From the human T2T-CHM13v2.0 reference genome, Homo sapiens, in the NCBI RefSeq assembly GCF_009914755.1, contig NC_060927.1: DNA of 64,000 nt; one strand, given 5' to 3'. The number at the start of each line of letters is the position of its first letter. Within the stretch, counting starts at the first letter, position 1. Of the stretch, positions 43,710 to 60,709 are shown one piece after another. Position numbers and translations under genes: made by a program. The notes beneath the pieces were generated by a model. That model had not been told where the DNA came from. It did no database searches and saw only the letters and a program-made list of their open reading frames with translations.

Positions 43710-45594
43710 AAGAAAACCAGTCTTTAAACTCTGAGATTCTTTCCTCTGCTTGGTTTATTCTTGTATTAATACTTGAGATTGCATTATGAAATTCTTGTAT
43801 TGTGTTTTTCAGCTCTATTGGGTTCATTATGTTCCTCTCTATATTGGCTATTTTGTCTGGTAGCTCCTGCAATGTTTTATCGTGATTTTTAGCTTCCTTG
43901 CATTGGTTACAACATATTTTTCTAGCTCAGTGAAGTTCATTTTTATCCATATTCTGAATTCTATTTCTGTCATTTCAGCCATCTCAGCCTCAGCCCAGTT
44001 CCGATCCCTTGCTAGAGAGGTGATACAGTCATTTGGAGGAAAGAGAGCACTCTGGCTTTTTTAGTTTTCAGCATTCTTACTCTGATTCTTTCTCATCTTT
44101 GTGGACTTACCTACCTTCAATCTTTGATGTTGCTGACCTTTGAATGGGTGTTTTTTTTTTTTCTTTTAATAGTCTGGCCGCTTTTCTGTAGGGCTGCTGC
44201 AGTTTGCTGGGGTTCGGTTCCAGTCCTTAATCACCTCAGATTTTCCAGTATCTAGACGTATCACCAGTGAAGACCGCAATGCAGCAAAGATGACAACTTG
44301 CCCCCTTCCTCTGTGAGCTCTGTCCCAGGGAGGTATGGACCTGTTGCCAGCACAAACCCATCTGTAGGAGGTGGTGAAGGACCCCAGTCGGGAGATCTCA
44401 ACCAGTCAGGAGGAATGAGACAGGAGACCGGCTTAAAGAAGCCGTCTGGCCATGCTTTTGTAGAGTGGCTGTGCTGTGCGGGGGTACTGCCTCTGCCTCT
44501 GGTTAGCTTAGGCTCTCCAAAAAAAGCATGGAAGCTGGAACAGCTAAGTCACTCAAACAGCAAAATGGCAGCCCACCCCTCCCACCAAGAATTCTGTCCC
44601 AGGGAGAATGCAAATCTCTGTCTGCTGGAGAACACCGGCAGGGGTAGCCAGAGGGCCTGGTTGGGAAGCCCTGCCCAGTGAGGAGGAATGGATCAGGAAC
44701 CAGCTTAAAGAAGCAGTCTGGCTATGTTTTGGTAGAGCAGCTGTGCTGTGCTGGGGCATCCTGTATGCCCCCAGTCAGTTTAGACTCTCCAAAGCCCTCA
44801 GGCTAGAACAGCTGAGTCGTCCAAACAGCAAAGATGGCAGCTCACCCTTCCCCATGGGAACTCCATTCCAGGTAGGGACAACACTGTTGCTGGTGGTTGG
44901 CTGGAATTCCAAGCCATTGGGTCTTATCCTGTGAGGCACCATGGAAGTGGGGCCCTCATTCCGTTGCTGCTCGGCCCCCTGGATTCAGCCCCCTTCCTAC
45001 GAGTATGTACAGAGGTCCAACCTCCCACCTTGCTGGAGTTGCAGTCACTTTTGCTGGGAAGCCTGGAGCCAGAGTATGTAAAGCTCCTGGGCCTCCACAT
45101 GTGCCTGAGCAGCTGCTCTGCTGAGGCTCCATGCAGCTATGTGTGTCAGACTGAAGGCCCTAGTGGAATGGGTTCACGAGGGGATCTCCTGATGAGGGTT
45201 GCAAAGATCCATGGGAGAAGCATGATTTCCGAGGGCCGCACATTCACTCACCGCTTCCCTGGTTTGGGGAGGTTCCCCTGGCTCCGTGTTGCTGCTCCTG
45301 GGTGAGCCATTGTCCTGTCTTGCTTTTCTTCATTCTCCTGGGTTGAGTTGTTTCCTTGATTAGTCCCAGTGAGAGTACCTGGATGTTTCAGTTGAAGGTG
45401 CTGTATTTGCTAACCCCTTTTGTTCCTCTTCGTGAGAGCCACACACTGTAACTGCTTCTAGTTGGCCATCTTGGCCTGAGTTGTTTTTTTTTCCTCTAGA
45501 TCTCACTTTACTGTTTCTGTTTTGACTTCCTGTGCATTACTTGAACATTTTTTAGAATTCCATCCTGACTTATTTATAACGTTTTTCAAAAATA

Positions 45595-46437
45595 TAGTTG
45601 ACAACTATATTAAACACAGGTTTGAACCGTGTGGGTCTACTTATATGCAGATGCTATGGTTGTGATGTTTGTCTATTCTAAACCTCATGTTGAAATTTGA
45701 TTTCCAATGTTGGAGGTGGGACTAATGGGAGCTGTTGGGTAGTGGGGACAGGTCCCTCATGAATAAATTAATGCCCTCCCTTAGGAGTAATGAGTTCTCA
45801 CTCTGTTAGTTCCTCTGAGAGCTGGTTGTTTAAAAGAGCGTGGCACCTCTCCACTCTTTCTTGCTTCCTACCTCACTATGTGATCTCTGTACAGCCAATT
45901 CCCTTTCACTTTCTGTCATGAGTGGAAGTAGCCTGAAGCCCTCACCAGATGCAGATGAACAATCTTAAACATTACAGCCATCAGAATTGTGAGCCCAATA
46001 AACCTTTTTTTCTATATAAGTTACCCAGCCTCAGGTATTCCTTTACAGCAACAATGAAGAGACCAAGACAGCAGATTTTCTTCTGCCTCTGCCATCCCTG
46101 AGACAGGAAGACCAACTCTTCTGCCTCCTCAACCTGCTCAATGTGAAGATGATAAGGATGAAGACCTTTATGATGATCCACTTTCACTTAATAAATAGTA
46201 AATATATTTTATCTTCCTTATGATTTTTAATAACATTTTCATTTTTCTAGCTTGATTAAAAGAATACAATATACAATACATATAATATACAAAATATATG
46301 TTAATCAACTGTTTATGTTATCAGTAATGCTTCCAGTCAACAGGAGGCTATTAGTAGTTAAGCTCTGGGCAAGTCAAAAGTTTTACATGGATTTTTGACT
46401 GCCAGGGGATTGGTGCCTCTAACCCCCACGTTGTTTA
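45595..46437 (+). mobile_element. Tigger2a (MER28)-like non-autonomous transposon, split by an MST LTR
   Basis: acacaggtttgaaccgtgtgggtctacttatatgcaga | ttttcttctgcctctgccatccctgagacag...gatgaagacctttatgatgatccac...ctaacccccacgttgtt. Confidence 0.85.
45652..46070 (+). mobile_element. MSTB-like MaLR solo LTR
   Basis: tgctatggtt...aataaacc...gaccaagaca; perfect 5-bp TSD gcaga (45647-45651, 46071-46075). Confidence 0.92.
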
Positions 46438-46517
46438 CATATCTTTGTATAGTGTTACTCTGGGTATTTTAATATACACATGTGTCATAACACGTACTAG
46501 TATCATTTTACTTTTAC

Positions 46518-46832
<315 letters not shown>

Positions 46833-47649
46833 TAAGTATAGAATCCCAATTCCATTTAGGTCCCTTTACTTTCTCCGCTTTTAAATATCATTGCCTCTAG
46901 CATCAAATGGTGTTATAATTTTTATTTCAATCATTGAATATGATTTATTAAACTGCTGAGGAAAAAGCCTACGGTATATATTTATGTTTCTGCTTTTTCT
47001 GTTCTTCCCTTTTCATTCCTGATGCTCCAAGATTTATTTTTTATTATTTCCTTCCTGTTTTAAGAAATTCCTTTAGCCAATCTTTAATGGTAGCTCTACC
47101 AGCCACAAAGTTTTTTAGTTTTTCTTGTCTGCCACTGTTTTCTTTTTTCTCTTTATTCCTGAACAATAGTTCCACCAGATATAGAATTTATGGTTGACAG
47201 TTGTTTTCTTTCAACACTTTAGAAATAATGTGATACTTCCTTTGGCCCCCTTGGTTTCAGATGAAAAATTTGCTGTTGTTTGAATTGGTGTCCCCTATAC
47301 ATAATGCATTGTGTCTCTCTGGCTGCTTTCAAGATTTTTATTCTGTATCTTTAGTTTGCAAGTTTAATTATCATGTGTCTTGGCATGGACTTCCTTGGGT
47401 TTCTCATGCTTGGGATTTGCTCGGCTTCTTGGATGTGTAAGATTGTGTCTTCTGCCAAATTTAGGGAGTTTGCAGTCAAATCTCTTCAAACATTCTTTCA
47501 GCCCCACTCTCTTTCTTCTCTCCTTCTGAGACTCTGGTGATACAAATGCTGGATTGTCATATTACTTTCTTCAGGCCCCTGAAGTGCCTTTTTCTTCTAT
47601 ATGTTCAGATTGAGTGAATTCTATTGTTCTGTTCTCAAGTTCACTGATT

Positions 47650-47791
47650 CTTTTTTTTGTTGTTTTTTTTTCATAGACACAAGCTCTCACAATGTTGCCC
47701 AGGCTGGTCTTGAACTCCTGGCCTCAAGTGATCCTCATATCTAAGCCTCCCAAAGCACTGGGATAGCAGACGTGAGACAACACACCTAGCC
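47650..47791 (-). mobile_element. FLAM
   Basis: Single arm; TSD tcaagttcactgattct. Confidence 0.88.
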
Positions 47792-48454
47792 TCAAGTTCA
47801 CTGATTCTATCTTCTCCCATGTCCACACTACTATAGACCCCATCAAGCAAGTTTTTAAAATTTTTATTATTATATTTTTCAGTTCTGTGATTCCCATTTT
47901 CTTCCTTTTTACATCTACTTCTTGACATTTTCTATTTTTTCACTTTCATTTGTTTCAAGAGAATTTGTAATTGATTGTTGAAAAATTTTTATGATGGATG
48001 CTTTAGAATCTTATCTCAATGTTGATGTCAGTTGATTGTTTCATATTAAATTGTGATTTTCTTAGTTATTGGTTTTTGGAGTGATTCTTAATTGCATTCT
48101 GTACATTTTTCTATTTAATTAGGACACTCTGGGTCCTATGTTAATCTTTTATTTTGGGAGTCACCGTGTTTAGGTTTAGCATGTAAGTCTTGGCCTACTT
48201 TTGTGGAGCGTGGTTTCAACAGGAGTTTAATTTTCAGAGAGTTTGGGGTGTTATTTTGATGTATTTGGTTTATCTGATGCCTCTGGTGCTGCTGAAGGGA
48301 TAGATGAGTTTTATTCAGACCAGACCAGGCCACCAGATGTCTCTTGGTGAGACAAGGATGAGGTGCGATTTACCTACTGTTGTCCCCAGCTGCCTTGGCG
48401 TCTCTGGATGAGAGAGGATAGTTTTGAGCTCATGAGAATGAAGAAGCTTCCTAG

Positions 48455-48848
<394 letters not shown>

Positions 48849-48859
48849 CAGATTTTCTG

Positions 48860-50120
48860 AATCTTAAATCTTGCATTCATAGAAGTTGGATTTCATTTGC
48901 TAATTTTATGCTAAGGATTTGGCATCAATGTTCCTGAGTGATACTTATCTGTAACTTTCTCTTTTGTAATGTCTTCCTCGGGTTTGAGGGTTAAGGTTAT
49001 GCTTGCCACATAAAATGAGTGGGGAAGTATTCTCTCCTTTCTTTCCTGTTAAACATTGTGTAATAGAGGTTTTACATCTTCCTTGGATGTTTGATAGAAT
49101 TCACCAGTAAAACCATCTGGACCTGGAGGATGTTTTATTTGTAGAAAGGTTTTCAATAATGTGTTTAATTTCTCTAATAGCTATATAGCTACTGAGATTT
49201 TCTGTTTCATCCTGCTCAGTTTAAATAAGTTGTATTTTTCAGAAAATGTGTTGGTTTAATGTAGCTTGTTGAATCTATTGACATAAAATTGTTTGTAACA
49301 GTGTATTATCCTTTAATGCCCACAGGATCTGTAACAAGAACATCTAATCCTTGATATTGGCGATTTGTATTTAATTTTTCTCCTGATCATTCTAGCTAGG
49401 GGTTTGTCAATTTTGTTGATCGTTTCAAAGAATAAACTTTTTGACTGATTAATTTTCCTTATTGCTCATCTGAGATTTTTTTCATTGATCTGCTCTTTGT
49501 TAGTTTCTTCCTCCTACTTATTTGGGTTTACTCTGTTCCTCCTATTATATCTTCTTGTAAATGTATAACCTTTAGTCATTGATATACAAATGTAAACTTT
49601 TATCTTTCATTCTAAATACTGTTCTAGCTTTATCCCACAAATTTCAACAAGTTATAAGTTCTTTATCATATAGTTCAAAATACCTTCTAATTTCTTCTAT
49701 GATTTCTTCTTTGACCCATGAGTTATTTAGAAAAATGTTTATTTCAAAATATGTAAGAGTTTTCTCAATATTATATTGTTATTAATTTCTAATTTAATTC
49801 CTCTATAGTCAGAAAAATAGCTTATATAATTTAATTTCCTTGAATTTATTGAGACTTGTTTTATGGCCTAGCTTATGGTCTATTTTTATCAGTGTATACT
49901 AAGCCCTTGAAAAGGTATATTCAGCAGCTCCTGGTGTATAAGTATCAATCACATCAAGATGGTTGATGGTGTTATTCAAATTTTCCAAGCCTTTACTGAT
50001 TTTTTTTGGCTAGTTTTTCTATAAATTGTTGTGACAGTGTATTAAAATTCAGTACTACACTTGTGGAATTGTCTTTTTCCCTTTAATTCTGTTGATTTTG
50101 TTTTTCACGTAATTGGAAGC
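48860..50120 (-). mobile_element. Second old L1M ORF2 fragment
   Basis: ttgatagaattcaccagtaaaaccatctggacctggag...gtttcaaagaataaactttt...tttattgagacttgttttatggcctagc. Confidence 0.8.
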
Positions 50121-50689
50121 TTAGAAGTAGGAAACAAAAAGATGTAGTCAGGAAATCTACATTCAAATTTGGGTAAGGCTGGACATGGAGTAATGTTAGA
50201 GCTACTAATTTTCATCTTTATTAAATAATGATTGTGTAATAATAATATTATCTTGCTGTTCAAGATTTATATGGTAAGACTTTATTATAATAAAAACAGT
50301 TATCAGGATAATCTGCAGGCACTTCCAGAAAAAATGTTATTAGATGGAGTTTAAATGAAATCCATTATAGAAAATTGTCTTAAAATGTATAAATACAAGT
50401 AGGAGGCATCATAACCATCATCACTATAAAATCAGAGCTAGAGTCTTCTACACAGTTCCAAGATTGTGTTTTATCAAGATTTTAGTACTAATAAAGTTAA
50501 TTAGAGCTGTTTTCAAAACTCCTTAAAGTAATTATAATAAAGGGGAGCTGTTTTCTATGAAAAAAAGAGGTGAGCAGGTGGTAAAAATATTTTGAAAAGT
50601 GCAAAGGATACATTATATGAAATATAATATGATGAAAAGTATTAAATATATCTATACTTAATAGATATATTTAATATAGCATATGCATA

Positions 50690-51010
50690 TGAAAAGTTGA
50701 CTAAGATACATTATTAAATAAAAAAGAAAATTACAGAATAATATATAATGTGGTTTCTAAAAAGCATACAACTCTCTAAGTGCATATGAATATATGCATA
50801 TTTGTACAGGCCTAGATCAAGAATGAAATTGTTAACTGTGGACAGCTCTGGGAGGGGGACTTCAGGATAGGGAATTGGCTGGCAGGGGCCTTGGGGAGTT
50901 GGGATGGAGAGGGAGGCATGGATGGAGAGTGGAGGGAACATTTACTTTTTACTATTGTTTTATATTATTTGTATTTTCTTTTATAAGCAACATGCATTGT
51001 TAAACAAGAA
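50690..51010 (+). mobile_element. L1ME-type 3' fragment
   Basis: aagatacattattaaataaaaaag...aaattgttaactgtgg...tttactttttactattgtttt. Confidence 0.5.
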
Positions 51011-51744
51011 CTTTTTTTTTAAGTTTAAGCAAAAGGGTGGGAAATAACTCTCCACTGCTAAATCTGACTGGATTTAAAAAATCATAAGTAAATAGTTTTA
51101 AAAATAATAACAACAATAATAATAAAATAGAAAATATGCACTGAAAAATAATTAAAGTTTCTAACATTGGGACAGAATAGAACCTGGGAGAAAGATAAAA
51201 AAGAACTCCCCAGCAAATTTACCTCTATAATGCAAGACTAGGTAAGATTACTGGAGTATTTTTTTTATAAATTCATGAAGATAATCTGTGCTGAGATTAA
51301 TGATAATTATACATTGTAACCTGTTTGTTCTATTGGATTTTTAATCAAACTTTAAAAAAAAAAGCAAACACAAAGCTACCTCCTGAGCATTGTAGCACAA
51401 TAGCAGCCTTCTCCTGTGCTGTCCTTTATTAGATTAATTAAATTAAATTGGTTCTTAGGGGATCACAAATTCTACAGAAGCCTAAAGGAAAAAGACATAG
51501 GGCTCCCTAGCCACCACAATATCGAATCAGGACGCGGTTTGATGGGGTGGTCAGTGGAAAGACAGAAGGATTTGCCTGCAGACAGTAACATCTTTAAGCA
51601 GATCTATTTAGTCCCAACAAGATATGTTAGCCTGCTGAAGTGTGATAATTTAGAATGTAAATCAATCATATAACAGAAAGTGGTATTATCATTGTGTGGC
51701 AGACACTTTTAATTGCCAACCTAACAGTCATTTTCTTGTCCTTC

Positions 51745-51869
51745 TTTTTTTAAGAGACAGGGGTCTCACTATGTTTCCCAGTCTAGACTCGAACTCCTGG
51801 ATGCGAGTGATCCTTCTGCCTCAGCCTCCCAAGTAGCTGGGACTACAAACACATGCCATGCACCCAGCT
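51745..51869 (-). mobile_element. FLAM_A-like Alu monomer within an old MLT1-like LTR remnant
   Basis: Single arm; TSD cta(a/g)cag(t/c)cattttc. Confidence 0.8.
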
Positions 51870-52414
51870 TCTAGCAGCCATTTTCCTACCCTGCTTTTTT
51901 TTTTTTTTTTTTTTTGCCAGCAGAGCTTTCCTCATATTCCAAGAAGCTGAAAATCCAAATACTCAATTTCTGCACCTCTTTGAGTCAGTGCTTAGATATG
52001 TGATGAAGTCCTGTCCAATGGGACTGCAATAAGCAGAGAAATAAACAACAGAAATACTCTCTCACACCCTTCCTACTTTTGGACATTATTGGAGACAGAT
52101 TTTATTTTATTTTTTTGCAGCTGCATCTTGCAGCTATGAAGAAACACAGGTCACTGATACACTGAAGATGACAGAGCAGCAAGAAAGAATCTGGACTCAT
52201 CAGTCAGCTGGGAACCCTACTTTGGATTCACCTACTTCTATACTTCTATTTGCTCTGCCCTGGGATGAGGAGGGGTCTTTGGTCTGCTCAGGGGTTGAGC
52301 AGAAATTGTGAGCAAAGAGGAAGGGTCAAGTATTGTCCATATTCTTGTCATAGTTAAGAGGACAACCACAGTGTTACAGCAGAAGTATTAGACATGTGAA
52401 CAATGAAAGGTTTT

Positions 52415-52897
<483 letters not shown>

Positions 52898-53074
52898 CTA
52901 CCAGGCTTTTCAAAGCAGTGACCTAATCCATCCAATCTACTTCCTGTGCGAGTCATTTTTTATGCAGAATTGCTCACTGCGAGCATCAAGGCCACATGTC
53001 CTCTATGGATAACTCTTCTTCAGACACTTCATCCTCAGAGACCCTGAAGACTTCTGTACCTAAATAATACTCCA

Positions 53075-53665
<591 letters not shown>

Positions 53666-53930
53666 ACAAAACTTCTTAGAAATAAGCTTCCATTAGAATG
53701 TAAGGGGAGAGCCAGAAGAAAGGAATTAATCTGAAGAACAGATTTGTAGAGGGACAATGCAGGGAAAGAGGGAGAACACAAGTGGACAAATGATTCCAAT
53801 ATGACTGAGTGACTTTCCGTGTGTCACCAAGTTATTCCAAGTCTAATCCCCTGTATTTCTTTCTTCTTTCTGCAAAAGTAGAGAAGGCATCACTGTAGTT
53901 AAGCTATCTCCATGAACTTGCCAAGGTTAC

Positions 53931-54340
53931 TGACAAGGTTTGGATCTATCCCCACCCAAATCTCTTGTTCAATTGTAATCCCCAGTGTTGGAGGTGGGGC
54001 CTGGTAGGGGTGATTGGATCATGGTGGATCCTTCATGGATGATTTAACACTATCCCCTTGGTGCTGTTTTGTGATAAAGGGTCTCATGAGATTTGCGTGT
54101 TTAAAAGTGTGTAACACCTCCCCCTCCACACCCTCTTGCTCCTGCTCCAGTCATGTGACATGCCTGCTTCCCTTCTTTGCCTTCAGTCATGATTGTAAGT
54201 TTCCTGAGGCCTCCCCAGAAGCAGAGGCTGCTATGCTTCCTGTACAGCCTACAGAACTGTGAGCCAATTAAACCTCTTTTCTTTATAAATTACCCAGTCC
54301 CACGTATTTCTTCATAGTAGTGTGAGAACAGACTAATACA
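53931..54340 (+). mobile_element. MSTA-like MaLR solo LTR
   Basis: tgacaaggtttggatct...gaactgtgagccaattaaacctcttttctttataaattacccagtc...gactaataca; TSD gttac. Confidence 0.93.
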
Positions 54341-54756
54341 GTTACTAACCTCTTCTTCCAAGGCATCTACTTTTACTCTATCCATTCCTTCATTACTTTC
54401 GGTTTGTTTGTTTAATAATGTATTTTCCCCCTGCTAGACTTGAGCTTTAAGTTGCTGTTTTTCTTACCAATGTCTTGAAGACAAAAGATTGTGACAAAAG
54501 ACACCCTTTTGATGACAAGGACTCAGTTTCGGTTTTCTTAAACAGAAAGGAGCCACAGGGTTGGCAAGATATACAAGAAAAATATTCCCTTTTCCTAGTG
54601 TTCCTTTCACCTAGGAGTACTCACAGCCAACATCAGACTGGGCTCCCAACATTACAACTCTTCAGTGACACCTACTCAAAGCCACTTTTCCCAGTGAGGA
54701 TCCCATAGCACCCATGAGACTGGATCAGAAGCAGCTGCATTAGAACTTCCTCTAAG

Positions 54757-54928
54757 ACAGTAATTCTCACCTCTAGGTGCAATTAGAATCACCTGGGGAG
54801 CTTTAAGAAGAAAACCCAAAGCCCACATTATGCCCCTGAACAATTATAGCAGAATTTCTGGAGTTGTGACCTAAGCAATAGTATGGTTTAAAGCTCTCCT
54901 AGTGATTCTAATGTGGTTGAGAACAACT
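54757..54928. mobile_element. MER5-type hAT MITE
   Basis: cagtaattctca...attagaatcacctggggagcttt...gtgattctaatgtggttgagaacaact. Confidence 0.8.
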
Positions 54929-55106
54929 TTCCTAAATAATGTGTAACTTCATTATTAAAATATCACTTTCAAAAAGTAAAATCATGACTCTTATGCAAAT
55001 ATAAAACATATATGCCAAATTTATTCAGTTCATCAATAAGTGAGCCAGTAATATGGCAAAACCACCCTCAAAGAGCGTTTCAGGAGCTAAATATTTACAA
55101 GCAATG

Positions 55107-55431
<325 letters not shown>

Positions 55432-56940
55432 TTAAGGTGGTTGTTTTGATACAAAACTAGTTAATGTCACTCTCCAAAGCAAGCCACAGATTCACTGCAA
55501 TTCCTATCAAAATCCCAATGGTAGTTTTTGAAGAAATGAAAAAGGTCAATGGGATTGCAGTGGACCCTGAATTGTGATTGATATGGAATTACAAGGGGCT
55601 CCGAATAGGCAAAATCATCTTTAAAAAGCAGAACAAAGTTGCAGGACTCAAACTTGCTGATTCAAAATCTTACTATAAAACTACAGTAATCAGAACAGTA
55701 CGGGACTGGCATAAGTATAGACATATATATCAAGAGAATTGAATAGAAAGTCCAGAAATAAACCCATTCATCCATAGTCAAGATTTTTTACAAGTATGCC
55801 AAGACCATTTAATGAGGCAAGAACAGTCTTTTCAACAAATGGTGCTGGGACAATTGATTATCCACATGCAAAATGAAGTTGAACCCTTCTTATCACATAC
55901 CATATACAAACACCTCAAAATGGATCAAAGACCCAAATGTAAAAACTAAAACTATAAAACTATAAAACTTAGAAGAAATCATCGGAGTACATCTTCATGA
56001 CTTGGATTTGACAGTGGTTTCTTAGATATAACACCAAAAGCAAAAGCAACAAAATTAAAAAACAGATAAATTTGACTTAATCAAGTGTGAGAAGACAACC
56101 AACAGAATGGGGGAAAATATTTGTGGATCATAGATCTGATAATGGTTTAATATCCAGAATATACAAAGAATTCCTACAATTCAACAACAAAAAGACAAAC
56201 AACCCAATTTTAAAATGACAAAGGACTTAAACATTTCTCCAACAAAGACATACAAATGGCCAAGAAGCACATAAAAAGATGCTCAATGTCATTAGTCATT
56301 AGAGAAAAGCAAATTACAACCACAGTGAGATAATACTGCACACCGACAAAGTTGGTCATAACCAAAAAAAAAGGAGGTGAAAGAGTAAGTATTGGCAAAG
56401 ACGTAAAGAAATTGAAATCTCCATACATACATTGCTGGTTAGAATGTACAATGGTATAGTTGCTATGGAAAACGGTTTGGTGCGTCCTCAAAAAATTAAG
56501 CATTGACTACAGGACCAGCAATTCCACTCCTAGGTAAATACCCAAAAGAATTGAAAACAGGCATTCAAACATACTTGAATGCTCATAGTATCACTGTTCA
56601 CAATAGCCAAAAGGTAGAAATAACCTAAATGTCCATCAACAGATGAATGCATCAACACAATGTAGTATACACATACAGTGGAATATTATTCAGCCCTAAA
56701 AATGAATAAAGTACTGATACATACTACAGCCAACACAAAGGAGCCTTAAAAACATTATGCTAGATGAAAGAAGCCAGATACAAAAGGTCACATATTATAT
56801 GATTCTATTTATATAAACCATCTAGAATAAGCAAATCCATAGAGACAGAAATCAGATTAGTGGTTTCCAAGGTCCAAGTGGATGGTGGGATGGGGAATGA
56901 CTGCTTAATGGGTATAGGATTTCAGGATTTCCTTTTAGAG

Positions 56941-57103
56941 TGATGAAGATATTTTAGAACTAGATACAGGTGGTGGTCAAACACATCGCAAAAATGATGA
57001 AAATGTTTCAGAAGTAGATACAGGTGGTGGTCAAACACATGGCAAAAATGATGTAAATGTTTCAGAACTAGATACAGGTGGTGGTCAAACAACATCACGA
57101 AAA
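56941..57103. repeat. 54-bp tandem repeat x3 in L1MB 3'UTR
   Basis: Units start at 56941, 56995 and 57049; shared core tagatacaggtggtggtcaaac. Confidence 0.95.
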
Positions 57104-57145
57104 TATGAAATGCCACTAAATTGTATACTTTAAAATAGTCCATGA

Positions 57146-57730
<585 letters not shown>

Positions 57731-58321
57731 TTAATAAATTAAATTTTCAAATAAAATGGTTAATGATTAATTTATGTTATATTAATTTTACCCCATTTTT
57801 AAAAAGAACTGGTTAATGTCCAATGAGGCCATAATTTGTAACCCTTGGAGTTACGTGTTCCACCTGATAGAAACTAATTTCATCTGGCTAAACCCTTTCA
57901 GACAAAAAAATCTACAAGTTTACCTTTGCCCCTATGAGTTGCGAAATAGCCCTGACAAAAGAAAGTTAACCCAGCACTGTACTGAAAGAACAGCCAGTAA
58001 CCTCTTCCCTATTTCCAAGTTTTAGGTATTTTTTTCTGACATCATATAGAGTCCAAATTACCAGTTCAGATTTCACTCTTACTGAGGGTTACTTTCACCA
58101 TTGAAGTGAGCTCCCTTTTGTTTTTTTTTTTTAAAAGTCAGTTGGTCTTATTCAGGGCTATCTCAGTCCATTAGAAATGTACTTAAACTAGAAAGGGAAT
58201 GTATTGGGATCTAGATTTCTTTATTCCCTGAAGATTTCTGGGAATGTATGCAAATTTTCCCACCTTTTCCTGGCAATCAACAAGCCTTCTGTGTGTGGAT
58301 CTATCTACTTATCCATAGCAT

Positions 58322-58686
58322 TATATTAGTCTGTTCTCACACTGCTGATAAAGACATACCTGAGATTGGGTAATTTATACATGAAAAGGGGTTTAATGGA
58401 CTTACAGTTCCATGTGGCTGGGGAAGCCTCACAATCATGCTGGAAGCCAATGAGGAGCAAGTCACATCCTATGTGGATGGCGGCAGGCAAAGAGAGAGAG
58501 CTTGCACAGGGAAACTCCCATTTTTTAAAACCATCAGATCTCGTGAGAGTTATTCACCACATGAGAAAAGCATGGGAAAGACCCACCCCCATGATTCAGT
58601 TATCTCCTACCAGGTCCCTCCCACATGTGGGAATTATGAGAGCTACAAGTGAGATTTGGGTGGGGACACAGAGCCAAACCATATCA
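58322..58686 (-). mobile_element. THE1 (THE1B-like) MaLR solo LTR
   Basis: tattagtctgttctcacactgctgataaagacatacctgaga...gggacacagagccaaaccatatca; TSD agcat. Confidence 0.95.
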
Positions 58687-58717
58687 AGCATGTATTTTTG
58701 TATGCAACAATGAGTAA

Positions 58718-59157
<440 letters not shown>

Positions 59158-59224
59158 CGAGAGAGAGAGATGGAGAACTCACAAGAGCATGCAGACCCTG
59201 GAGCACTTTTGTGTAGCACTTCAA

Positions 59225-59522
59225 TTTTTTTCTTTCTTTTTTGAGACCAAGTTGCTCTGTCGCCCAGGCTGTAGTGTAGTGGCACGATCTCAGTTCACTG
59301 CAACCTCTGCCTCGCAGGTTGAAGCAATTCTCCTGCTTCAGCTTCCCAAGTAGCTATAATTACAGGCCTGTGCCACCACACCCGGCTAATTTTCTTGTAT
59401 TTTTCGTAGAGACAGGGTTTCACCGTGTTAGCCAGAATGGTCTCTATCTCCTGACCTTGTGATCCGCCCACCTCAGCCTCCCAAAGTGCTGGGATTACAG
59501 GCATGAGCCACCGTGCCCGGCC
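59225..59522 (-). mobile_element. AluSc-like
   Basis: Reverse-complement dimer; TSD agcacttcaattttt. Confidence 0.95.
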
Positions 59523-59544
59523 AGCACTTCAATTTTTACTAAAT

Positions 59545-59695
59545 ATTTTGGGGGTAACAGAACCCTTTTAGAGTTTAAAGAAAGCTGAAGACATCTTCTG
59601 CAGGAAAACACACATAGATACATAAACGCAAAATGTTGCAGATAATTTCAAATGATTTTGTGCCTCCAGAAAGGTTTCCAGGTAAAGAATTCCTA
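59545..59695. mobile_element. Old hAT-Charlie MITE fragment (subfamily uncertain)
   Basis: ggggtaacagaaccctttt...aaagctgaagac...caaaatgttgcagataatttca resembles recalled Charlie-type sequence. Confidence 0.4.
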
Positions 59696-60709
59696 TTCTG
59701 CGTCCCCCAAAACCAGCAGAAATGGCCAGAGTAAACAGTTTAAAAATGTTCCATGGGATCTGACTAACCCACGTGTAGACAAAGTCTCCAGTCTATAGGT
59801 TTCATCTTTTTGAAAAGAACCATAGAATATATAAAATTGCTCCCTTTCTTGGTAGGTTCCTGATATAAGGAAATCAAGTTGTTAACAGAGAAGAAATTGT
59901 CAAAGAAGAAAACTTCTTCATAGACCTGCTTTTTGGACTTCTGTTATTTTAACTAATTAGCCAACCACTGTTAAAAGACATTCATTTCGGAAAACTTATT
60001 TATTTTGGTCTGCCACATTTATTTGCTTAGTGTCACTCTTATGTACATGGATTACTGGTTAATGAAGTCTAGAACAGCCATATTCAGCATGCATTTCAGT
60101 ATTAGGCTGAAAATGCAATAAATTTTCTATATCAACTTCTAACTGAAATTAATCATCTTCACTTTCTTCTCAGCTTGAATACTTTTTATGGGCCTTTCTG
60201 CTCCTCCCACTCACAAACTCATTAGTTTCACCTGCTAATTTACTTTTTAATTATTTATCTCTGCCATACTGCCCCAGTAGTATTCAGTGGTTCTTAGTAA
60301 ACCTTGGACTATTTCAGGAAAAAAAAAAAAAAAACTGTCGGAATGGTATTTTTTTTTATAGGAGTCTAAAGTTAAAAATAAGATTTACTTTGCATGCACC
60401 ATTAAAGGTGATAAATCTTCAAGCTTCAGTTAAGAACATAACAGCATCAAATGTCAAGGAAATTCCTTCTTTATGCCACGTATTTTATAATGAAGTTTAA
60501 CATAGAATTTAAGGTATTTCTTTTTAAAATGTCACAGAGTTGATGAGCAATCAACTCTTGAAAGATGAAGAAAGAGCTGTGAAACCAGGACTTGTAATTA
60601 ATTGCTATGCACCAGTACCCAGTGTGGGGTTTTACATCAAACATCTCTTCTCTTTGGGCCAGGGTTCATTCTGACTGGTCAGGCCCCTTGTTCTGATTGG
60701 TTGAATGCC

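Noticed and set aside
44270-44880. ~275-bp diverged tandem units in the L1 5'UTR
   Set aside because: Probably an inherited feature of this L1PA 5'UTR type rather than a locus-specific event; check against the consensus
56941-57103. CRISPR-like repeat array
   Set aside because: Head-to-tail units with no unique spacers, inside a mammalian L1; no cas genes
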